This document shows positions 1-13,269 of a stretch of 64,000 nucleotides of DNA, one piece after another. The stretch's first letter is position 1. The number at the start of each line of letters is the position of its first letter. Source of the stretch: Glaucostegus cemiculus (taxonomy: Eukaryota); contig CDPCPM010000241.1 in the NCBI GenBank assembly GCA_976551045.1, positions 496,001 to 560,000 of the forward strand. The letters are read 5' to 3'. The notes beneath the pieces are model-generated. The model was not told the DNA's origin. It worked only from the letters and a program-made list of their open reading frames with translations, and did not search any database. The position numbers and the translations under genes were made by a program.

Positions 1-230
1 AAAGCTTCCACATCCTTCCTATAATGAGGCCACCAGGACTGAACACAATACTCCAATTGTGGTCTAACCAGAGTTGTATAGAGCTGCAACATTACCTGGC
101 GGTTCTTGAACTCAATACCCTGACTAATGAAGGCCAACACTCCATACACCTTCTTAACAACCCTATCAACTTGTGCAGAAACCTTGAGGGATCTATGAAC
201 ATGGACCCCAAGATCCCTCTGTTCCTCCAA
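1..230 (-). mobile_element. CR1 LINE ORF2 C-terminal fragment
   Basis: The reverse complement resembles 12250-12480 (LGVH...LVRPQLEYCVQ.W.PHYRKDVEA). Confidence 0.85.
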
Positions 231-2509
231 GCTGCTAAGCAGTTCTCTATCTTCAGATACTGTCCCTTCTTCAAATGCCCACTCTTGATTCCTCCAGCAA
301 CATTATGCTTTTCACCTAGATTCCAGCATCTGCAGCCCTTTATTTTTCCACCCTTGATTCCTTTGTCCTTGCATCATCTCCAGTTCCCCCTTCTCCAAAA
401 GTTTGGCCACTTCTAAAATCTGTTCTATCTTTCCTGCAGATCAATGTTTGAACTTCTTTTCGATTTCCACTCTAGCCACAGAACTGAATCACCTGAAGAA
501 GCCTTCATCAATATTACCTCTGACTATTACCATACTTGTGTATAGATATCTAGGTCAAAAACAAGATTGTGCTGGGAAATAATTCCCTCCATATCTGTTG
601 ACAGTTGCTGTCCAGGTTCACACATGATGAAAGTGCTCACTTGAGAAAAGTATTGGAGAGCTGTCTGTGCACAGCTTCACCCTGGCATGATTGGAGAAAT
701 CAAAAGTGAATAGTAAGCCAGCATCTGCAGAATCTTTTGTGTCTCAATAATGACTGGAAATTCAGAGGAGACTGATCATCATCATGAAAGAATTAAGTTC
801 ACTCTAATGAAGCTATTGTAAATTGGGATTAGTTGTCTCCTTGCAGGTTTTAAACTTGTCTAACATTTACCTTTAGTGTATGAAATATTTCTAAACTTGA
901 GTAATATGTAGCATGACAGTAAAAATATTTTGTCAGTGGAAGCATTCATGGAATATCCCTAGCATGAACCCAAATAGTTCAAATAGCAATATTTGCAGCT
1001 GAAACATTTTATCTATCCTTTAATCTCTTCCAGTAGTAGCATACCGATCATAGCTGTCTACTCCTTCAATACTGTACAAAATTGGGGAAAAGATGGAAGT
1101 ATGGGACCATGGAGCATTCTACTCAGCACTGATATAGTATACAGATGCATTATCCAAATTAGAAACTATTCATTTTGTTTTAAAGATCTATGAAATGTTA
1201 TGGGAGTGCCAAGAAGCAGGGCTGGTGCACATATTGTCCAATTGCATTTGTAAGCCACTGCCCTTGCTGCTACATTTGGAGATGGAGCAAAGCTGAGTTG
1301 TTATGAGTCTCTGGGCTGGATCTTGCTATCTAATGCCAGCTGTTCTCACTGGAACTGTTGGTCTTCAGCTATTTTAACCGCAGTGTGTCTGAGACTTCTT
1401 ATATATGCACTGTCAAATGTGAACATGCTAGATTTGCTGACGGATTCAGATCACCAAGTCTGGCCAGTACTGGTGTGATTCCCCAGGTTTACACAAGAGA
1501 ACACCCTTTCCTTCCTGCACCGTGCTACAGAATCAAAGATTTCAGTGATTTCAATGTGAGTTGTAGGGTTGCAAAGTAGGAGGCAAAGGGGAAGGTTAGT
1601 AATCTTTGTTTAATTATTTCATTTGGGGTTAATATTTTTGTGCTATGGCTATTTTTATTTATCTTTTATGTTTTAAATAACATAATTTTACTTCACACAA
1701 TAAGTTTTAAGTGCCTTTGAATGTCAGAGAGATTTAAAAAGTTAAAGATCGCCTGGCTTTTAAAGCTGACAAAGTTGGGAGTGGGGCTGTCAAAGCGTTA
1801 GGGCAGGTTTTGAGGGAGGACCTTCTTATGCTGCCTGAAGGGCCTGCCATTATTTGAACCATGCAGCTAAAGTCCATGATGCTTTAAGCCAAAAGAATAT
1901 GTCTGAGTTATGAGAAAGCCGGCAAGACTAGGCTCAAGATCACTGACGCTGGAAGCACTCAACAGGTCAGGTAGTACCTGTGGAAAGAGAAACTGTTACA
2001 TCCATGCCCCTTCACCATATCAGATTACCTATCCAAATTCAGTGAGTGAATTCACTTTAAAGATACAAATGGACTGAATATTCCATGAAATGATGTCCTG
2101 GGGAGGAGCAATGCATTTCCAGAAATCACAGGCACACAGCTCAGAACACCCATCGACTCAGAAAGGAGGAAAGAATCTGTAATTATATAACGTATGTTTT
2201 CCCCAGTCTTGAGATATTCCAATGTATTTCACAGAGCCAACAAAGTATTTCAACATGACAATCGGTGTAGTAATGTGGGAAACACAGTAGCCAATTTTCA
2301 CAGAGTAAGCTTTGTTTAATTGCTCATTCACAGGATCTGGGATGGTAGGCCAGAATTTTATTGCTAGTCTATAACTATCATTGAGAAAGCGATAGTGTGC
2401 TGCCCTTGTGAACTATAAGGGAGTTGTTGGGTAGTGAGTTTCAAATATTTTAGCACAGTCATGGTAAAGGAATAGTGATACATTTCTGGGATAGAATGGT
2501 ATGAGATTT

Positions 2510-3640
2510 CATAGAAATTATAGGATTATAGAAAATCTATGATACAGATGGAGGCTAATTGGCCTATTGTGACCCATGGTCATTGGTAATCCTACCTTCC
2601 ATCATCATGTCCATAGCCCTGTTCCATGGGTTATTACTCTTTTGACCCGCCTACCATGTGGGGCCTTCTCAAAATCCATCAAGTGCTCATCAACCCACAC
2701 ACCACTGTAGCTCATTGGGTTGTTGGACTTGATTATCTTTCAAGCTGACTAAGTTCTCACTCATTGTATTTTTTGACTAACACTCATTCCTCCTGTTCCT
2801 CATTCTCACTAAACCGTCAGTTCTCCAATATATCTGTAACATTTGTATGCCTTCCATGAAGACAAATGCAGAAAAACTGTTTACTTCCTCCGCTACTTCC
2901 TTATTCCCCAGTATAAGTTCTACTCCCTCTGTCTGTACAGGGCACACACACATCTTCACTACTCTTTTCCTTTTTATACATCTATAAATTTCTGACAGTA
3001 ACATTTCTTTGTTTCTCATCAGTCTCACTCATTTAATCCATGCCTGGTAGTTTTTCCACTTCCAAAGATGTAGAATCATTTTACCATGTGTATCCTATCA
3101 TTTTTTCTCAAATTCATTCTCCTTAACTACAAAATCACCCTCTTTTAAGCAGGCACCCACAAATTATCCATTAAGAACCTTGCCCACATCCTCTGCTTTT
3201 ACACATAGGCTACTTTATTTGATTTCTACTCTTTCCTTGGTTATTCTCTTTCAATGCCATCCTTACACTGCCTTTACTCTTGTCTTTCTTTAGTATTAAG
3301 CCATTGGTGCCTGACATATGCTTCCTTTTTTTGCTACATCTTCTCCTTTGTATACCCTGTATTCCAGGGCACTCCAGATTTGGCAACCCTTGCCTTTTCT
3401 TTGTGGGAACATGTTTACGATAAAGCCTTTTAATCTCCATTTTGAAGAAATCCCATTGAGCTGAGGCTAATTTACCTCCAAGTAACTGTTCACCTTTGCT
3501 AAATCGCTCAAATAGACCTGGTATTACCCACATTTAAAACCTTTACTCTCATTGCATCCTTTTCCACTATTATGTTCAAAATAGCTGAATTTTGATTACT
3601 GCCTCAAAAGTGCTCTCCCATTGTTCTCCACTTACCTGCA
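2510..3640 (-). mobile_element. Degenerate CR1 LINE fragments (ORF2 tether region and 3' tail)
   Basis: Minus-strand ORFs CIKRKRVVK...LILGNKEVAEEVNSF and QWDFFKMEIKRLYRKHVP resemble CR1 ORF2 sequence between the endonuclease and RT. Confidence 0.6.
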
Positions 3641-4579
3641 TCATTGATTTTCCTTGAGGGAGTAGAAAGAAATTGTGTGTTTGGGGAGTATTTTCACAGA
3701 AGACATGGAGACTGTATTTTGTGGATGATGCTGACAATATACACTAATAGAAGGAGTGGATGTTTAAAGAGGTGATTAGGATATCAATCAGGTCGGGCAC
3801 CATCTGTATGCAGAGTTGCTGACTGACTTGCCGAGCATTTTCCATTTTTATTTCAGATTTCCAACACCTTTTTATATTTTGCTTTTCAAATCCAATCACT
3901 TTGCTCTTGATGGTGGACAGCTTTTAGAGTGTTATTGGATCTGATCCACTGATCCTTTCTTGTCATGAAAAAGACCATCACTTCAGAGGAGCATTTTTTT
4001 AAAGAAATGAAACAGTCTGTCTGACAGTTAGATGTTTATTTGCCACAAATCAAAATAAAATATTTAACAGTACCCTGATGTGCCTTGTAGATAGTGGAAA
4101 TGGTAGAAAGGCTTTGGGGAATTAGGAGGTGTAAGAAATGTAGCCTCTGATCTGCTTTCATACAAGTAAGTTTCTTATCAATGCTGACTTCCCCCAGGAA
4201 GTTAGGGTAATGCTACTAAGTGCTGGGGCAGGTGGGGGTGGTGGTGGCAGAGGGTGGAGCTTAAACATTCTCACCTAATGATGTGGTTACTACTTGCCAT
4301 TAAGCTGCTTTTGCCTGAAAGTTATTCAGGTCTTGCTACAGGGCTCATTTCCTGAAATGTCTATGCATTTTACATTGTGTCGGTCAACATGAATGGCATA
4401 TCAATGGCGGTACCCATGTTGGAATTTAGGCTAAGGCCAAATTCACACCACTGATTCAACCAAATTGTATAAATCACCATCTTAATTTCGGAACTGTTCA
4501 TCTAAACTAAGAATCAGCATTTTAATCTAAGTTTATTCACATATCTTCAGAATATTGTATGTGCTGCTAAACATATAAA

Positions 4580-5110
4580 TTGATATCAATTGGATTGATT
4601 GAGACACCATCCAACTGGAAGAGGAGATTCCCACTATCATTGAAAAATCCTTTATATTCGATGGAAGGATAAGCAAATCGACATCGATGTCCTCTCCCAG
4701 GCCAACATATCTGCATTGAGGCCCTAATTACACTCTACCAGTGGGCAGGCCACATTGTTTGTGTGCCTAACACTAGACTCCCAAAGCAGATGCTCTATTC
4801 CAAACTCCATTGAGGGAAGAGATTACCAGGATGCGGTTCAAAGATGTTCACAATGCCTCCTTATCCCCACTGAACCTGAGAATCCCTGGTCCATGACCAA
4901 TCAAAATGGACAAGGAACATCCAGGAATTGTAAGGAACTTTAAGTCCGTGTGTTGGGAGCACACAGAAGCCCAGCATAAATATCAGAAGGGACACACACA
5001 CTTAAACCCGCCCCCTTAAGCACCTACTGTCTCATCTGTGGAAGAGTCTGGCCTCATTGGTCACCTCAGAACCCCTAGAACTTCCATGACAGCAAGTCGT
5101 TCTCAATCCC
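4580..5110 (+). mobile_element. RTE-clade LINE 3' fragment
   Basis: Hand translation from 4743 gives WAGHIVCVPNTRLPKQMLYSKLH*GKRLPG, the characteristic RTE C-terminal motif. Confidence 0.8.
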
Positions 5111-5754
5111 TTGGGCCTGTCTAAGAAGAGAAGGAAAACTCCAAAGAAGGAGCAGGTATTTCTGACCATTGACCTTGGAGTGCTGGGTGTGGGGAGAGGA
5201 ATGTCCAGAACGGAGGGAGGCATTCGGGGAGGGGTTCTACACTGGTAGCATGCACAACCCTGATAGAGTGATGTGAATTATATTAATCATCCCAAGGGGT
5301 ATAAATCTGAACCAAGGAGTCTTTGTAATGCAGAGGACTCGGAATGGGACAAGGGATGGATTGCAGGAGTTGGAGGGTGGGTGTAGAGGTCATCAGTTCT
5401 CACCTGTTAGACTACAAAGCGATGTCTCGAGGCATTGACATTTTCTAGCTTTGGATGTTCGTTTCCCAAGGTGTGAGATCCCAGCCCGCCATAGTTGAAG
5501 CTGCAAAGAAGGCTAGATCACCTCATATATTTAAAATACTGGGCTGGATATTCACCCTTTAACTTGCCACTATAAGACCTATAATCAGAAGGTTGGAGGT
5601 GGCTTCCCTATTTTCCTGTTTAACTGCAAACCCCTCAGAATCCAATCTAAATGGTCACCAACATCAAAATTTTCCCCAAGAAGCAAACTGAAATTTCAGT
5701 CTGCATTTTTGAGTATTTCCCTTGCTGACATCATCCATGGCTGATCTGGGAGAA

Positions 5755-6085
5755 TCCTTACTCCTGAGACAGTAAACTATAGGTTTAAATCTCACTCCTG
5801 GCACAAAAGTTAGCCTGTCATTCCACTGGGATACTAAGGCAGTGTTATTGAAGACGTTGTCTTTTGGGTAAATATAGAAGCACCCACTGCATTATTCTGA
5901 ATCTGACAAAGGGTTCTCCCTTGAGGTCAAACCAATATTCATCCCTGTGACAACAGCAATAAACAGATTGTATGATTATAATTTTGTTGCCCTCTGTAGG
6001 ACCTCTCTGTGCCATATTTTCTTCATTACAAATGTGACTGCACTTCAAAAGCACTTCAACGGCTATAAAGTGTATTGGGATGACC
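5755..6085 (+). mobile_element. Deu-domain SINE (AmnSINE1/SacSINE1-like), degenerate
   Basis: Recalled consensus blocks: gatactaaggcagtg, gtcttttggg, ccaatattcatccct and the tail gtgactgcacttcaaaagcacttca...gggatgacc. Confidence 0.55.
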
Positions 6086-6989
6086 TTTTTAAGTTTTGTT
6101 TAAAGTGCAGTTCATTGAAAGGATATCTTTCTCCTTTAAATCTGGGCATTCAGTTCTGTTACATAACCTTGACATCTGGTTTTATTTTATATGTTTTGTG
6201 GGTTACTCATCCTGAATGAGGTGATGAGGTAAACTATCAGCACCTAATTCGTGACACGTTGACCAAGACAGCTTGTACAGAAGAGTTCTCATCACCCTGT
6301 CCAAGACCATTAATCTGCTATGCATCTGCAATTAAACTAAATACCAAGGCCGTGAAATATAAATGAATATCTTGACAGACAAGAATGCCAATATGAAGTG
6401 TGGGTCTTAAGTGGGCCATCTGAAGCAAATTTAATATTGGTCTTCAGCCACTGGGCCCCAAAGCCAGACCGTATGTCAAATTACGGATCTTTCTTTTTAA
6501 GACTTAAATTCAGAACAATCTTTTATTGGATTTTCTTGGGTGCTTTCAATTTGACACAGTAGATATGCTGCTGTGGTTCCAATACTGCTCCTTCATGGTG
6601 ACAATTGCATCAAGCATCTGTGGTGGCTGTGAGATGAAACATTCTTGTGATGTTACACTCTGCATGCACACTGGCCAAAATGTCATGGCTACTCAATGCA
6701 TTCCCAGGATGGTGAGCCTGCAGGCTAATGCCAGATTACAAAATGACCCACTACCTGTTACAGAGAAAGCTGCAGGAAAGCAATGCTGTTCACTCATTCT
6801 CTTCCGCCTTAGGCTGCACTATAAAACTAACTTAAATCTTTTGAGCTTCAGGATGATTATATCCTGGAATAACATCTGGAGAATATTGATAAACTAAAGA
6901 CAGGAGCTGCAAGCTATTTATTTTTGGACTTTTTTGAGTTGATGCCTAGAATCTTTTAAAGCATAAATAAGATAACAAAATTCTCCTAT

Positions 6990-7475
6990 GATAAAAAATA
7001 GCAAATGCCGGAAATACCCAACAGGTCAGGCCGCATCTGTGGGAAGAGAAACAGAGTTAACGCTTCAGATTGAAGACACTTCATCAGAACTGGGGAGGAG
7101 AGAAAAGCTGTAAGGAAGGTGGGGATGACCAGATGTCTCTGATAGGGTAAAACTGGGGTGGCCATAAGCTGTGGTGGGAAAAAAAGGTGATTGGGCCAAT
7201 GAGTGAATGGGAGCAGTTATAGAGTGAGTACATAGAGAAAGGAATGTATGCATTGTGAAATGCAGAGCAGGAAGACGTGTCCAGCAGGTCAGTCTGGGCA
7301 TGACCTTCAATTCCAGAACAGAAATAAAGGTAAAGATGGGGAAACAAACAAGTTGAGTCAATACCATGGATGAACGACTGAAACAGAGAAATGAAGTTAT
7401 CAGAAGTTGTAGAAATCAAACATTGAGTTCAGAAGGCTGCAACATACCCAGACGGAAGATGAGGTGCTTCTTCCC
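6990..7475 (-). mobile_element. Penelope-like element 3'/pseudo-LTR fragment
   Basis: Shares the dispersed motif gctggaaatactcagcaggtcaggcagcatctgtggagagagaaacagagttaacg. Has a CTGATGA...GAA hammerhead-like core on the minus strand. Confidence 0.55.
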
Positions 7476-10400
7476 TATTTGAAAGATCAGTTCATTTTTT
7501 TCACTGCCTTTTGCATTTTTTGATGTGAAGATATTAGGTTTCAGGTTGCTAAATATCTTGGTAAATTTTCACCAGCAAAGAAAACAGGAAAGCTCCAAGC
7601 ATGCACTAATACCTCACTCCAGCTGCCATCTCCACCTCTTCTATCTGTTTCTGTACAATGACAAAGCATGACAAACATATGACTGTGGAATTTCATTGCA
7701 TGTAATCCTCAACAAGCTATTGGCTGTTTCAATAAATATCTCAACAGAATTCATTTTAACATGAAATATTTCAGAAATATCAGTGCTATGGAGGAAATAT
7801 TTAATATTCAAAAAATCTACAATATTAAAAAAGAACTGAAAATAACCACAAAATAAGAAATTCAGTTAAAAAACATTATGGAGAGAGACAGAGAATGGAC
7901 ACACTGGTGACACCGGAACTAATCAATCTATAAATCTGTGCCTGTATCATTGAATAAATCCCATTTAGTGTGCATGCCAGTCATCCATTTTTAATGTTGT
8001 TAGGCTGTTCAGATAACTCCCTAACATTGGAAAATGTCCGTATCCAGCTCAGTAAAGTTACTTCTGTAACTTTGCACAATTGCAATCCTGCACACACAGC
8101 TGTCAGGTCACATTTGAGACTAGTGGAAAACAAAGAAACAACAGCAGCTGGCAAATTTGTAAAGTTCAGTATAAAAGAGGTACTTTTTTCTTGCTGTTAT
8201 AGATATAATTGTCTGAAATATATTAATCATTACAAATATGAGAGCAAAGAATTTTGATTTTTTTCGAAAAACACAGTTGTAAGCATTTCTGAACACATTA
8301 ACAGATGCTGATGGGAATTGTAGAGCTTCTGATAAGTGAAGTTTGGTTTTGATGAGTTAATATGTTTCTAATACATTATTGTTTGGAAGGTTCTTGGACA
8401 TGTGTTAGTTAAGCAGTCACTCTGGGAACTATTATGTCAGAAAATGACCAAGGTGTCTCACATCCCACATAATGACTATGAAAAGAATCAAGGGATACAG
8501 GAAAGTCATGCTGAAATAAATGATCTTGTTGAATGACTGATTAGACATGAGAGGCTGAATGGCCTATTTCTTACATTCTTATGGCTCTGGCAAAACCAAG
8601 GAGCAGTAGGTTAGGGAATTTTTTTATTCTTGCCTCCAGAACAAAATATTGATGACCATCATCAAGAGCCGTGGTTGCTACCATCACTGTCTGCTGTGAA
8701 TTTAATTCAGATTGCAGGTGAGCCCACCCACACAGGACAACAATGTGCTTTTAACATTTCTGGCTTGCACAATTGCTCCCTTGACATCAGTGAATATCTG
8801 AGGCCAGAATTGTAAAGTAGCAAACATGATTTCATTTCTTTCATAACTGCACATATGGTAGGTTACACATGCACAGATGCTCTGGGGTTCTCAATGGTAT
8901 TCAAATATTCTCTGCAGAATGAAGAGCAAACTTTAAATACAGGACTTTATGGGAATCTGCAAAACTATTTCTATAGATTAAGTAATCATTATATTTCAGA
9001 AATTTAGGAATTTAAATTTTGCCATTTTTGGAAGGCATGCTAAACACACACATGCACATGAATAAGAAAGAAGTTCCTTCAATATACTTAAATTATTTGA
9101 GGTACTTGTCCCTGCTGGAAATGTCCCTAAACATGGCTGTGTTTAAGTCTTAAAAAAGCACAGAATATAATTTGTTTTATGCTCCACAATTCTTCTAAGG
9201 ACTAAGCTTCATTATCTGATTTATTTCTCTACCTATAACTTAACAGATTTTCAGAGATTTAACTAAAGATGTGTGCTACATGGATAGATGATGTGTCTGT
9301 TCTAAAGGTCCAATGATCACTTGAAGCAGCAATGATGTAATCGCTCTTAGAAAGAGTGACATTGTGATACTGAGGGGGAAGGTCACACTTCGTAAATACC
9401 TAAGTTAATAGAATACATGGACTTCAGTGGCCAAGCCTTGCTTGTTACCTGCAGGGTTAGTTTGTTAATGCTTACCAAAGCCATTTAGTTTACAATGTAG
9501 GTCGGAACTCTGTCTAGACCAGAATTTAATGACAATGTTATGGCTTTGCAATAAAATGACCAATTCAATTGCTTTCACCCAACTACCTGAAGGTCAAATG
9601 CACTTTCAAGCCTAGAAACATCAAGCTCAGTGATTTTAGAATAACTACAATAAACCTAAGTAGCAAAGATGAATGATACTGTGATAATATTGTTTAATTT
9701 AACACAATTGGGAGTATATACAAAAACAATGGAAATCCAAAGAACTGCTCCCCTGATTCAATAGTCACAAAAATGAGGCAGTTTTGTATGCAGGAAGCTG
9801 AAAGTTAAACTTTGCTCAAAATCTTATATTTTCCCAGTAACTATTGCTAAACTTTCAATTATACCTGACTTTCATTTGAACCCTGGGTTACTAGATTTGA
9901 TGTGGCATCTTTTTACTCCAAATTTTGCTGCCTATTTTACCCGGAAAGCACAAATTTTTGGCTAAGAAGTTGCAGAAGTTTGACTCGGGAAATAAGCAAA
10001 AAAAATGGGCAGTAGTGAATGGGTGGACTCGTTTGCCCATAATTTTATTTTTATTCACATCCATTGCTGATGACTTCCACTGTTGTCCAAAATGAACTCA
10101 TCACTTTTTCAGCAAGTGTTCTCTGAGAGACTAGAAAGCTGGAACACTAGCTGATTTCTGCTCCTCTTTTAGTCCTTTATACCAATCTTACAGTTCTGGC
10201 TGAAACCCTGCTGAGAAAAGCTAAGGTATAGAAGTAAATGTTGGTAATTATTACATTGGTAATGATTTATATTAGAGCTAAAAAAAAATCACCCCTCACC
10301 CCTCACACCCCCCTCTCCCTCCAAATAATGTTAAATTTCATGGTACTTCAAGTGTTAAGTTCTGAAATAATAGTCCGTTCTGTAAACTGACAAGCACCTA

Positions 10401-11484
10401 AGAATTAAATATTAATACTGTGCTAATCTGGGATTTTATGATTTTCACTCATTTTGCAAAAGCTCCTACACAGAGCTCTGGTCTATATGCCTCCTGTAAA
10501 ATCTTGGGGAATTTTAGGATAATCTTTTGATTTTCCAGTAAAGGGCACAGTGAACTCCTTCAGATGAGATATAGAAAGCAAAAAGAAAATAACACACCCA
10601 CTACTTAAATATAGAACTTAAGCTTTGCGCAAAACTTATAAGACTTTTTACAATTAGATTCAGGTCCACAGGATTAAGGTTCAAGAATGTCCCACATATT
10701 TTATAATCTCAAAGGATAAAATCAAAATGCTTTTATTAATAAGAATGTGGGAGAGAGATCCAAGTTTACGAAGCTTGTTAAAGATCTATTGGGCAGCTCT
10801 TTGGAAGGCTGCCCATCATGATACAGTTCAGTGAGGTATATTTGGGAATGATCTTTCCCAATACTTTTCACAGGCCCTCCAGAACCCTAGCCAATTATCA
10901 GCACAATGTTCAAGGAGAGGAGACATCATCAGATATTTAAATTTTGGCACTTTCCCAAAATAAATAGTTCCACAGAAAGAAGTGCCTCTAACTCATTTTA
11001 CTCAGGGAAAATGCACATTATTCATACAAATACCAGACAAATACTTGGTAATGTTTTTAGCCTGCTTTCAGTGGGTACTTTGTGCAAGGCCTATATTTTA
11101 TACATGAATTGTCGGTCATTGGGAGAATGAAATAATTACTGTTTTCTTTGTTCTGTCCTTTCTGATGCATTGTCCAATATCACTGATAGTAGAAATAAAT
11201 AGCTTTTATGTTTAATCCTTACAACTAAGATCTCTTTCATGACACTGTGACTATCTGTTTTCCAAAAATTTTTCCTCAAAGTTTCATAACGCTACACTTT
11301 ATCAAAATTGCAGAAATGCACAGAATCTCTGATTAATTCTGATTTGTAAAATTTGCTGGTAATTTATCTCATACTCCTGCAATACGAGTTTCTTCTAAGT
11401 TGCTTATTTTGAGAGAATGCCGATAAAGATTAGGCACCTGTCTTCTCAAGATGATCTTGAGAACTGCCGGTAAGGGTCTCTGAG

Positions 11485-12935
11485 TCCCCGTTGTCCACAG
11501 GGATGGTACTGGAGGATTGGAGGGTGGTGAATGTTGTCCCCTTGTTCAAAAAAGGTAGTAGGGATAGTCCTGGGAATTCAGACCAGTGAGTCTCATGTCT
11601 GTGGTGGGTAAGCTGTTAGAAAGGATTCTAAGGGATAGGATCTATGAACACCTAGAGAATCATGGACTGATTAGGGACAGCCAGCATGGCTTTCTGAAGG
11701 GAAAATCTTGCCTCACAAGCCTGATAGAGTTCTTTGAGGAGGTGACAAGGAAGATTGATGAGGGCAATGCGGTGGATGTGGTCTACATGGATTTTAGTAA
11801 GGCAATTGATAAGGTTCCTCATGGTAGGCTTCTTCAGAAGGTCAGAGGTCAAGGGATCCAGCGAAGCTTGGCTGTGTGGATTAGGAATTGGCTTGCCTAT
11901 GGAAAGCAGAGGGTTGTGGTGGAGGGAGTACCCTCGGATTGGAGGGCTGTGACTAGTGGTGTCCCGCAGGGATCTGTTCTGGGACCTCTACTTTTTGTTA
12001 TATTTATAGATGACTTAGATGAGGGGGTGGAAGGCTGGGTTAGTAAGTTTGCCGATGACGCTAAGATCGGCAATGTGGTGGACAATGTGGAGGGCTGTCG
12101 GAGCTTACAGATGGATATTGATAGGATGCAGCGCTGGGCTGACAGGTGGCAGATGGAGTTCAATCCGGAGAAGTGTGAGGTGGTACACTTTGGAAGGACA
12201 AATTCCAGGGCAGAGTACAAGGTAAATGGCAAAGTACTTGGCAGTGTAGAGGAGCAGAGGGATCTGGGGGTTCATATCCACAGTTCACTCAAAGTTGCCT
12301 CGCAGGTGGATGGGGCAGTTAAGAAGGCTTATGGGATGTTAGCTTTCATAAGTCGTGGGATCGAGTTTAAGAGCTGCTAAGTGATGATGCAGCTTTACAA
12401 AACTCTGGTTAGACCACATTTAGAGTACTGTGTTCAGCTCTGGTCACTGCATTATAGGAAGGATGTGGAGGCATTGGAGAGGGTACAGAGGAGATTTACC
12501 AGGATGATGCCTGGATTAGAGAGTATGGAATATGAGGAAAGGCTTAAGGTGCTAGGGCTTTACTCATTGAAGAGGAGGAGGATGAGAGGAGACTTGATAA
12601 AGGTGTATAAAATATTGAGAGGAATAGATAGAGTTGACAGCCAGTGACTCTTTCCCAGGGCACCAATGCTCAAGACAAGAGGGCATTGCTTTAAGGTTAT
12701 GGGTGGGAAGTTCAGGGGAGATGTCAGAAGGAGGTTTTTCACCCAGAGAGTGGTTGGTGCATGGAATGCGCTGCCTGGGGTGGTGGTGGAGGCAGATACA
12801 TTGGACTGGTTTAAGAGATTGTTGGATAGGCATATAGAGAAATGTGGGAGGAAAGGGTTAGATAGTGAGGTGTGGTTTGATGGACGGCACAACATGGTGG
12901 GCCGAAGGGCCTGTATTGTGCTGTATTGTTCTATC
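11485..12935 (+). mobile_element. 5'-truncated CR1 LINE (HER1-like), RT domain to 3' tail, relatively young
   Basis: RT motifs QHGF..GKSCLT, DVVYMDFSKA.DKVPH, SGVPQGSVLGPLLF and SKFADD; C-terminal LVRPHLEYC and RMRGDLI; tail gggccgaagggcctgt...ctgtattgttctat. Confidence 0.95.
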
Positions 12936-13269
12936 TTTCTGATATGACAAGAATACAAGTCACTAACCAAAATTATCCCTCTGCATTTGATTTGTAATTT
13001 AAAGGAGGACTGGAATTGTTTGATGGATATGCATGTGCTCATTCACTGTACCATTGGAAGCCAATGTAGTAAAGTCACAAAGAGAACTGTAGAACAAGAA
13101 CCTTTACACTGACCATAATTCCTTAAAAAAAATTAATACTAACATTGACAGTGCAATGGTCTGGAAAATAGTAGGTATTTGAGAGCATTTAGCTTTTGAT
13201 ATGGATCTTACCAAAGGGGAATGTACTGCTAGCAGAAAGAAGGAGAAATATAAAGAAAAAAATCTCAAA

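Noticed and set aside
11586-12380. Reverse transcriptase ORF as a retron, DGR or other novel RT system
   Set aside because: It has CR1-specific motifs, a CR1 3' tail, a 5' truncation and stop codons in a vertebrate context, so it is an ordinary LINE relic.
11897-13042. Minus-strand ORFs of 89-160 aa
   Set aside because: They are antisense shadows of the CR1 element.
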